NCBI GenBank assembly: GCA_965249065.1
Contig: CBDFLG010000001.1
Location: 1,286,646-1,350,645 of the forward strand
Direction of reading: 5' to 3'
Length of the DNA stretch: 64,000 nucleotides
From: Dehalococcoidia bacterium
GTDB lineage: Bacteria; Chloroflexota; Dehalococcoidia; Lucifugimonadales; UBA3495
Under the pieces are notes generated by a model. It was not told where the DNA came from. It ran no database searches and saw only the letters and a list, made by a program, of their open reading frames with translations. The position numbers were made by a program, and so were the translations under genes. How positions within the stretch are numbered: the first letter of the stretch is position 1; the number at the start of each line of letters is the position of its first letter. Below, piece after piece: positions 29,359 to 37,149 of this stretch.

Positions 29359-29538
29359 AAGGCAAGATGGAAGGCAGTACAGCAGGCAAAGCGCAAGGGG
29401 ATGTCCATTCGAGAAATGGCGAGGGAGTTGGGGATCCACAGAGACACGGTAAGGAAATACGTGGATGCTGAGAGTCCGCCGCCGTGGCGGTCTCCTGCAA
29501 CTCCTGCAGAAACACCACCTGATACCATCGCGGCCTGA
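29359..29538 (+). pseudogene. isolated HTH fragment of a transposase
   Basis: A frame not in the track reads KARWKAVQQAKRKGMSIREMARELGIHRDTVRKYVDAESPPP...*. Confidence 0.4.
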
Positions 29539-29889
29539 TCAAGTGACATTTATGCTGAACACTTAAGCGGACATTTTCCCTGACCTTCGACAGCCGAATG
29601 CCACCAGCCAATCCACCCGCTTGGGACACTTTAGCTCCGCTGCTTACAGCCTCGGCGGCGATTCGCCGTTCGTCCGTTTTATCGAACGCCCTGAAGTGGC
29701 GCGGCGCCACCGGGTCGCAGAAACGGTCCTGCCTTGTTCCCAGCATAGTTCCAAGTTTAAAACCTCGCCTGTGCCCCATAGGCGCTCTTCGTCCGTCCTG
29801 CGGATGGGTATGGGCTGGTACAGGCCGTACACCAACCGACCGCCGGCTAAGTGCGCCGCCTGTTGGCGTCTGCCGGTGAGATCGAAACG

Positions 29890-30435
29890 CTAGAATTCGG
29901 GGACGCCCATGCCTCTGTAGACGTCCCGCTTGACGGTCTCGTCGCGGCGGGCGGTGCTGGCCGAGGCCACCTCCGGCACGAAGTCCGGCAGCTTGCCCTG
30001 CTCCAAACCTGAGCTTGTCGAAGGGTGGCCCCGCCGCACCCGGAACTGGGTGGTGACGATGAACTCGTTGAGCCTGCCCTCGGGGTGGTCGAAGTCGAAG
30101 AACCGGACGTTGCGCGTGTCCTGGCCGCGGGGAGTGTTCACGGTCAGGGGCAGCCCGAAGGTCAGGTATTCGTGGACTGCCTGGTTGCAGGCCATGCCGA
30201 CGGCGTTGACGCGCTCCATCGAAGATGACACGGCCGGTCTGGGCTTCGGTCAGTCACTCGTTAAGACGCAGCAGGTCGGCCCGCAGCCGCCCCTTCAGCA
30301 GAACCTCGCGCGCTCCTCGATCCGCTCCGCCGCCAACGCTTCGCGAGGCACGTAGGCCCACCCTAACCGCTCCAGCAGCCGCCGGGCCGGGTCCTCGGCG
30401 TGGTTGAACTCGTGGAGCTTGACGGGGGAGGTCAT
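29890..30435 (-). pseudogene. hsdR: type I restriction enzyme R subunit, N-terminal fragment with frameshift
   Basis: MTSPVKLHEFNHAEDPARRLLERLGWAYVPREALAAER..., then in another frame ...VNAVGMACNQAVHEYLTFGLPLTVNTPRGQDTRNVRFFDFDHPEGRLNEFIVTTQFRV... No helicase domain follows. Confidence 0.7.
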
Positions 30436-30845
30436 TGTGCGGGCGCTCTTATGAGTTCGAGATTGGGGATGCCCGCGAAATCGCCGTCGTGGGACGCCAG
30501 TGGGCAGCCCAAGTACAACGCGGTGGCCGCAATCCACGAGTCGGCAACTTTCAACCGTCGGCCTTGGAACCGCCGTTGCTGACGCAGGCGGGCGGAAATT
30601 TGAACCAGGTCAATGTTGGGCCATACCACTTCGTATTGCCCAATTTGTCGTTCAAGGTTATTAAGCCTTCTTCTGCCCCAGTTATTGAGGTAGGCCCCGA
30701 ATAAAGCCTCTTCCAATGTTTGGAAGGAAATTACAACCCGGCGGCCGGCAAGATGCGGCAGGTAATAGTCCGCAATAGGGGATCTCCGGGCGATGTAAGA
30801 AACTATGTTGCTATCGGCAACCACCATTGGGAGGCGCGATGTCAC
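30432..30845 (-). CDS. vapC: PIN-domain ribonuclease (VapC-like toxin)
   Basis: MVVADSNIV (D), TLEEA (E), VADSWIAATAL (D) and SHDGDF (D). GGGGGAGG lies 8 nt before GTG 30845. The stop overlaps the hsdR remnant's ATG (ATGA). Confidence 0.8.
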   Translation of the reverse strand: MTSRLPMVVADSNIVSYIARRSPIADYYLPHLAGRRVVISFQTLEEALFGAYLNNWGRRRLNNLERQIGQYEVVWPNIDLVQISARLRQQRRFQGRRLKVADSWIAATALYLGCPLASHDGDFAGIPNLELIRAPAQ

Positions 30846-31279
30846 GATTCACGCCTCCCCCGGCTTTCCCGGAGGGCGCGATCAAATGAGTCCCATTCTT
30901 CATCGCTCATTACAATAGGAGGCACCTTCTCCGGGTCGAAAATCTTGGGGTGGGGGTCATTCAGAATCTCATCAATTGTACGCACTTTTGAGGACGGGCC
31001 GGTTATATCCTCTACGATAATCGCAATCCATTTGTCTTCGCCGCTAATCCAGCCATGCCCGCTGACTTCGACGAATTTCTTTTCCAGCAGGATCATTTCC
31101 TGCTCCAGGGAGGCGTCGAACAGCAGGGGGATGCGCCGATTCATGTAGACGTCCAGAATTGCCGTCCCCTGCTTCGGGACGACTTCAAGGAGCCAGCCCT
31201 GAGCCAGAGCCTCTTCCGGTTCGCCGAGACTATGGCATTCGTCAACGGTTAAGCGTTTCTCGGACAATATGCACCCCAC
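30842..31279 (-). CDS. putative cognate antitoxin of the PIN protein, unrecognised family (start uncertain)
   Basis: The stop overlaps the vapC GTG (GTGA). The maximal ORF is 145 codons. An internal ATG at 31096 with GGAG upstream would give 84 aa. Acidic C-terminus SDEEWDSFDRALRESRG. Confidence 0.5.
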   Translation of the reverse strand: MGCILSEKRLTVDECHSLGEPEEALAQGWLLEVVPKQGTAILDVYMNRRIPLLFDASLEQEMILLEKKFVEVSGHGWISGEDKWIAIIVEDITGPSSKVRTIDEILNDPHPKIFDPEKVPPIVMSDEEWDSFDRALRESRGRRES

Positions 31280-31301
31280 TGACGCAAAGAATTTTGATGG
31301 A

Positions 31302-32557
31302 TTAGCAGGCCACTCGCACCCGCCCCGTTAGCAGCGCGTCGGCGGTTAATTCCTTCAGCAATTGTAACCCATCCCACTCGGTTCGTGCCCGCTCTATCGC
31401 CTCGTCCACCCCGTCCAGCAACGCGGCTATAGCCTGCTGTTCAGGAATTGGCGGAAGTGGGAAAACATAATTGGCTACATCGGCAGGACGCACTGCCGGA
31501 TATGCCTGGCCAGTCGTGGCATTTTCAAGATATTGGGCAAACCGCTTGGTCATAATATGATGGTATGCTAAAGAACCATTGACCTTATACCCGGCGTGAG
31601 AACGGCAAACCCGGTCGAAGCTATCAGGTTATCCGGTGCTTCATGGACACGGGCAAAGCCTCTGAGATTTGGGCGAACCGTGCTGATCAAAATATCGCCA
31701 GACTGTACTCGGCGCCGAGCTCGGCTAGGAGCATCTGAGGCCATTAGCTTCCGAGGGTCCGAAATAACTCCGGGAGCAACAACTGCCGTCAAGTCGAGAT
31801 ATAGAATTGGGGAGTTACCTGCTGGGTCCCAATTGGAGCGATTAACCTCCGCCACCTCCCCCAACCTCACCACCTGCCAGTCCGCCGGAATCGTCCCCAG
31901 GCCCGGCGCCTCCCGCCACTCCGTGTGCCAGCCTGGGACGCCGCGGGTGAGCAGTTGGTGGAGCAGGGAGTCGCGGAGTTGTCCGGTGGCGGCGATGACC
32001 GCCTCGGCGCCCTCGATGGCGTCGTCAATGGAGTCCAGCATGGCGGCGATGGCCCGCTGCTCCGGCAGGGGCGGGAGGACGATAAATTCCTGCTTCAGCC
32101 GGGTGCTTGTGATTGATGGTACGGCGCTAACGTTTGCGAACTGAGCGATGTCAATGGACTCAAACCAATTGTGAAGAAAGCGAGTATCACACCTTTTCAG
32201 ATTTGAGACAGTAATGCCCACCATGTTGTTGTCGATTATCGTGGGAACAGTCAATGCCCTCTTCTTATTAGTAGCTATCGCTACTCCAACCTTTGGAAAA
32301 ACGATAGTGCCAGAGGTGAAGATATTAGCGCCCAAGTCGCCGGCGACTTGTTTATCGACGTAGTTGTTTGCTTGGCGAATATAGGTCTCGTTGCCTTCCA
32401 GCGTCACATCCGAAACCTTGATAAATGGATAATCGCTGGATTTTCGTCCTTGCCTATCCAGCGGAAAACCCACGCCACTTCGGACCTCCGCCACGTCGCC
32501 CAAGCGCACCGACCGCCAGCTTTTGGGTATGGTCCCCTGTCCGCTGGGGCGTTTCAT
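31302..32557 (-). pseudogene. hsdS: type I R-M specificity subunit, disrupted in TRD2 by a frameshift near 31560
   Basis: TRD1 and central conserved region LPPLPEQRAIAAMLDSIDDAIE...LLHQLLTRGV. TRD2 stops at 31568. The distal conserved region LPPIPEQQAIAALLDGVDEAIE...LLTGRVRV continues in another frame (31302..31553). Confidence 0.75.
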
Positions 32558-32907
32558 TAGACCTCTTCCGTCGGGGCGGGCCGTATTTCGTGGATGGTCA
32601 CGGGAAGGCCGGCCTGCTTGGCTTCCAACCACCGCTTGAGGGACCGCTGGCTTTCGCCTGATTTTTGGCCCGTCAGCAACATTTCTACGCTGAGGTCTTC
32701 GTCTAGGTCGGGCCAGTGCAGGTGTTGTCCTGCCGCATGAATTCCCCAGTTGTTGCGTTCCTCCGGCGTAGCGTGGACCAGCCTGGGGTACCACGCCAAC
32801 GGAACGGAGATTATCCGTCCGTCACATAACTCAGCGGCCAACGTGTCCTCGGTAACTTCAAGCATCATAGCCCCGGGCACTTCAAAGCTAACGGTTGAAA
32901 TGGCCAT
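32557..32907 (-). CDS. DUF2442 domain-containing protein
   Basis: MAISTVSFEV...PLAWYPRLVHATPEERNNWGI...GQHLHWPDLDEDLSVEMLLTGQKSGESQ. GGAGG lies before ATG 32907. Confidence 0.75.
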   Translation of the reverse strand: MAISTVSFEVPGAMMLEVTEDTLAAELCDGRIISVPLAWYPRLVHATPEERNNWGIHAAGQHLHWPDLDEDLSVEMLLTGQKSGESQRSLKRWLEAKQAGLPVTIHEIRPAPTEEV

Positions 32908-32929
32908 GCCAAGCCTCCGACAAATCAGT

Positions 32930-33124
32930 TTAATTTTGCTCGACGATTCTCTGAATCCGCCGGATTTCCGCGCCGCCAAAGTTGCCGCTTTCCTGTAATT
33001 CTACCGGGTCCAGACAAAACTTGGCGAAACTTGCATCCCGCCGAACGTGGACGTGAGGAGGCTCGTTCCTATCCCACGACACAATGTAGAAGCGGTAAGG
33101 GCCTTCTCTCAACAGCACGGGCAT
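32930..33124 (-). CDS. DUF4160 domain-containing protein
   Basis: ...YRFYIVSWDRNEPPHVHVRRD... Usual partner of DUF2442. Confidence 0.7.
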   Translation of the reverse strand: MPVLLREGPYRFYIVSWDRNEPPHVHVRRDASFAKFCLDPVELQESGNFGGAEIRRIQRIVEQN

Positions 33125-33136
33125 AGTAGTGTCATC

Positions 33137-34240
33137 CTACCGCGCATACCCCATCTCCGCCAGCAGTCCGTCCATCCGGGCTACGGCTTCATCGCGCCGC
33201 TGCTCTGCCTCGCGCAGTTGGGCCAGAGCGTCCTCCACCGGCATAACCTCCATCGGCTCGGTGGTGTCTACGTAGCGGCTGATGTTGAGGTCGAAGCCGT
33301 TGCCCTGGATCTCCTCCAGGCCGGCCACATGGGCGAAACGGTCCACGTCCTCGAAAGCCTGGTACGCCTGGACTATCTTCTTGATGTGCTCCGGGTCGAT
33401 GAAGTTTTGGGCCTTGCCGGGCCGGAAGTAACCCTCTTGGGCGGCGTCCACGAACAGCACCTTGCCCCGGCGCTCTTTGGACTTGTCCCGGTTCAGCACG
33501 CAGATGGCGACGGGGATGCTGGCTCCGAAGAAGAGGTCGGGGGCCAGGCCGGTGACGGCCTCGACGGTGATCCTCCGTATCCTGCCCTCGGCGCCGCCCC
33601 GGAACAGGATGCCGTGGGCATGACCACGCCCACCCTGCCCTGAGTGCTGGTCACCCCCAGCATGTGCAACAGGAAGGCGAGGTGTCTCCCTTGGTCTTGG
33701 GCGAAATAGCCCCGTAGCGGTCGAAGCGGTGATGCGGGTCGCTGGGCGCAAAGCCGTGGCCCCAGTTCTTCAGGCTGAACGGCGGATTGGCGATGACCCG
33801 GTCGTAGGACAGCAGCCGGCCTGCCGGGTCTACCAATCCCGGCTCAGCGATCACGTCGCCGGCCTGCATCCGGGCGGAGCGCAGGTCGTGAAGCAGCAGG
33901 TTCAGCTTGCCGGTAGACAGCGTTCCCAGGTTGCGGATGCCGCCGCCCTGTTCCTGCACGTATTGGGCGGCGCAGGCGAAGCTGGCTACGTTGAGCGCCT
34001 CGCCCAGGCTCATGGACTTGCTGGTGATGACGGGCCGGCGCGCATCCTCCGGCACGAAGAACTCCTGCTCGCCGGAGCCCGCGGCACTCACTCGAAGCCA
34101 CCGCGTTCTCGGCCTCCTCGTCAAAGCGGTCGGACAGCCGCTTCAGAAACAGGATGGAGAAGATGTAGTTCTGGTAGTCGGCCGCGTCTATCTGGCCCCG
34201 CAAGATGTCGGCGGCCTGCCACAGCTTGCCTGGAGTTCCT
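33137..34240 (-). pseudogene. hsdM: type I R-M N6-adenine methyltransferase subunit, multiple frameshifts
   Basis: Pieces lie in three frames. Frame 1: ...LWQAADILRGQIDAADYQNYIFSILFLKRLSDRFDEE. Frame 2: ...VIANPPFSLKNWGH (motif IV). Frame 3: ...LFFGASIPVAICVLNRDK...GNGFDLNISRYVD. Confidence 0.75.
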
Positions 34241-34875
34241 AGCTGGTCAGCGGTATGGTTCCTCCCCAGAGCTGGTGTTACGCAGCCCCGGAGCCAATTT
34301 CACGAATCACCGAGTCGGGTATAATCTCCCGGCGCAACCTGGCGGCCCGAACGGCGGAAGTATAGGCTTCTTCCGACGCCTCCACCAACTTTCAAATTGC
34401 TCTCCCTTATCAATAACGAAAGGCTAGGCTAGGAGTCTGTTCGGTGCCTGGTAACGGAGTGGCCTGCCGTGGACATTGGTCCGAGTGCCTGGGCGGAAAT
34501 AGGCGCGTATTGCCGCCGTAACTACCTGAAGCGACGCGGATGAATAGAGGTCTTTAACGGGGAATCCCAAACCGGTAAGAAGTGGGGCGGCTGGACAAGT
34601 CATAATCTGCCGTCTGCCCTATCGGAGCAGGAAAGGTGGGGCAAGATTCGCATCGGTATTGTCGTCGCCATACCAGCCGTCATTACAGCTCACCGCGGTA
34701 GCACGATCTAGGGACCTGACGCGCTGTTTCGGTGTGCGTCTGCCTGCGCGGTGGCGTGTCTGTACTGGTGTCGCCGTTGCGGCCTTTCTGTGCGTCTTTC
34801 ACCGGAGGCCGCCGAGAATGCGGGGTACGGCGGCTTTAATATTCTCGGTGAAGGTGTCGCGCTAGTGGGGTGAGA

Positions 34876-34951
34876 TGGCGCCGAGGAATGAGATTGGACT
34901 GGCGACACCGGCATTTTCAGTGCCGTGCTCTATCATCTCAGCTACCTCGGC
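34876..34951 (-). pseudogene. tRNA-Phe(GAA)-like sequence with destroyed T-arm and D-loop but encoded CCA
   Basis: GCCGAGG-TA-GCTG-AGATGATA-GAGC-A-CGGCA-CTGAAAA-TGCCG-GTGTC-GCCAG-TCCAATC-TCATT-CCTCGGC-G-CCA. The acceptor and anticodon arms are identical to the gene at 5108. The T-stem cannot pair and G18G19 are lost. Confidence 0.7.
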
Positions 34952-35010
34952 GCGATGACGGGCGATTCGGGTTATGCGCTCTTCCGCCGTCTTTTTGCTG
35001 TCCTTTCGGT

Positions 35011-35946
35011 CTAGCCGGCCGGCTGCGGTTGGCTACCGACTAGGTTGAACCGTATGAAGGCTACGATCCTTTCTGTTGCTGCTCTGGCGGCCTCTTCGGT
35101 GATGTCGGCGCCGATGGTTGCCGGTATGGTTTCCCTGCCGCTGGCCTTTTGGAGGACTTCGGCCCGGCGTCCGGCTCTTGCCACGTCGTCCTCTTGGACC
35201 GTGATGGATACCTCGGCCACGACGTAGACGGAGTTGCCGCTCTGATCATTGCCTGTGAGCACGATGTCTGCTTCTCCCAAGTCGTCGGCCTGTTCGTCAG
35301 TGATCCGGCCTACTTGGGTAGCTTCGGCCATGAGGTCGTTGAGTTCGGTATTGTTTCTGGGGTTGGCGTGGGTCAGGAGCCGGGCGCCGGTGATTCCCAT
35401 GCTGCTTCGGACCGCACGTTGGGCCTTCACGGCGGCTGCGCTTTCGTAGTCGGCTCCCGCGAGGCGGCTCACGTGCCCGCCTATCCGGGCCATTTCGACC
35501 TTCATTTCCGAGAAGTCGGTTTCCAGCCTTGCTTGGCCATCCTTTAGTTGGGCAACGTCGGTCTCCAAGGTGGTGACGGAGGTCTTGAGGGCACCCACGT
35601 CGGTCTTGAGGGCACCTACGTCGATCTCCAAGGTGGTGACGGAGATCTTGAGGGCACCCACGTCGGTCTTGAGGGCGCCTACGTCGGTTTCCAAGGTGGC
35701 GACGGAGGTCTTGAGGGCGCTTACGTCGGTTTCCAAGGTGGCGACGGAGGTCTTGAGGGCACCCACGTCGGTTTCCAAGTTGGACACAGAGGTCTTGAGG
35801 GCGCCCACGTCGGTCCGGATCTCGAGTACTTGGGCCGGCAACTGCAGCAGTTCCTCGGTGAGGATATGCCGACGAATGGCGTCCCGGAGAACCGGGTTCT
35901 GTTCCATGGCGTCCAGTATGTCCTGGAAGGTGTTGATGGTGGTCAT
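35011..35946 (-). CDS. heptad-repeat coiled-coil protein with C-terminal DUF3782-type (nuclease-fold-like) domain
   Basis: Twelve 7-aa units of type TDVGALK / TSVATLE. The C-terminal ...DIVLTGND..SVYVVAEVSITVQEDDVARAGRRAEVLQKA... resembles, from memory, Thermus/cyanobacterial DUF3782 proteins. Confidence 0.65.
   Translation of the reverse strand: MTTINTFQDILDAMEQNPVLRDAIRRHILTEELLQLPAQVLEIRTDVGALKTSVSNLETDVGALKTSVATLETDVSALKTSVATLETDVGALKTDVGALKISVTTLEIDVGALKTDVGALKTSVTTLETDVAQLKDGQARLETDFSEMKVEMARIGGHVSRLAGADYESAAAVKAQRAVRSSMGITGARLLTHANPRNNTELNDLMAEATQVGRITDEQADDLGEADIVLTGNDQSGNSVYVVAEVSITVQEDDVARAGRRAEVLQKASGRETIPATIGADITEEAARAATERIVAFIRFNLVGSQPQPAG
35561..35812. repeat. 12 tandem 21-nt units (two alternating unit types) inside the CDS
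   Basis: Units are gtcttgagggcacccacgtcg and gtctccaaggtggtgacggag, in the order B A A B A A B A B A B A. Confidence 0.85.
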
Positions 35947-36166
35947 GGGAAGCTCTTTCTACTCAACTCATGTTGATTGTACCACTCCGCCCCGGCGCAG
36001 GCAGGGGTTTCAGGGCCGGCTTGGGAGCGCTGGGGATGAATTTGCCAGCGGCTGACGCCCGGTATGCCGGGAAATAAGGGCAGAGACCGGGGGCGGCCCG
36101 TATTATAATAAGGCCCGGCTTGCCGTACCTGAAATACGAACGCCCTTGGGCGTTATGGAGGACATC

Positions 36167-36775
36167 ATGTCTTTGGAACTCAATCCCGGCCACACCGCCC
36201 TGCTGGCCATGGACTTCGAGAACGACATCGTACACGAGGAGGGGGCCTTCAAGGATTTCGGTTTTGCCCAGATGGTGAAGGACAACGATGTGCTGGGCAA
36301 GACCGCTCAACTACTTGCCGCCGCTCGCAACGCAGGCATCCTCGTTATCTACGTTTCGGTGAAGTTTCGTCCCGGTTACCCGGAGCGCCCGGCCAACGCC
36401 GGCCTGTGGCAGGGCCTTCACGGCGCCAATGCTCTGGTTGAAGGCACTTGGGGGGCCACCATCCACGACGCCGTGGCCCCGCAGGAAGGCGAGTCTGTGG
36501 TGACCAAGCGCGGCGTCTCGGCCTTCATGGCTTCCGACTTGGAGCCTATCCTGAAAAACAACCGGATAGGAACGCTGTTGCTGGCCGGCGTCGCCACCAA
36601 CTTTGTGGTTGAAGGCACTGCCCGCGAAGCCAGCGACCGCGGCTACAACGTCGTGATAGTCGGCGACTGCTGCGCCTCGGTCAATCAAGAAGCTCACGAC
36701 GCCTCATTGACCGTCGCCCTCCCCTTCTTGTCCACCATTTCCAACAGCGAGGAAGTGGCGGCCGCGCTGGGTTAG
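36167..36775 (+). CDS. isochorismatase-family hydrolase-like protein
   Basis: ALLAMDFEND, VVTKRGVSAF and LLLAGVATNFVVEGTAREA. The usual T-N-x-C-V-E nucleophile Cys position reads Val. Confidence 0.75.
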   Translation: MSLELNPGHTALLAMDFENDIVHEEGAFKDFGFAQMVKDNDVLGKTAQLLAAARNAGILVIYVSVKFRPGYPERPANAGLWQGLHGANALVEGTWGATIHDAVAPQEGESVVTKRGVSAFMASDLEPILKNNRIGTLLLAGVATNFVVEGTAREASDRGYNVVIVGDCCASVNQEAHDASLTVALPFLSTISNSEEVAAALG

Positions 36776-37149
36776 GCAGGGCCGGATACGAACGGGCAGC
36801 GCGCCGGTTTGAGGGCTGACGCGCTGCCCATTCGCGGAAATTGATAGGATATATTGATGGAGATTCTGGACGTACAATTAAGAGTGCCAAGTCATCCAAC
36901 ACTTGACAAGCCTACTAGGGAGGCTCTAATGGCTGGGGGATGTAATCCAGGTCCGCTGGTATGGGGATCATTTCGATGCGCCTGTGATTCTTTGCCTCCC
37001 TGATGCTGAGTGCGTATCCCTGGAAGTGTGCGGGAATACGCCGACCAGCTAAACGTCCGCCTTTGCCCTCTGTCCGAGGTTGGCGACGCCTTGAAGGAAC
37101 TGCTGGATTAGCCGTCCTGCCAACGATAATTTACTGGAGACCGTGACTT

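Noticed and set aside
34241-34875. Expected integrase gene next to the pseudo-tRNA-Phe
   Set aside because: I translated both strands by eye and found no tyrosine- or serine-recombinase motif. The region has only short, low-complexity frames.
35561-35812. Regular 21-nt repeats (also 46791..46979) considered as a CRISPR-like array
   Set aside because: The units are contiguous with no spacers and lie in frame inside ORFs, where they encode heptads. No cas genes are present.
36929-37003. 24-codon Cys-rich sORF (MAGGCNPGPLVWGSFRCACDSLPP) with AGGGAGG upstream
   Set aside because: A TTGACA at 36903 would place the likely TSS at or after the ATG. The ORF is too short to evaluate without conservation data.
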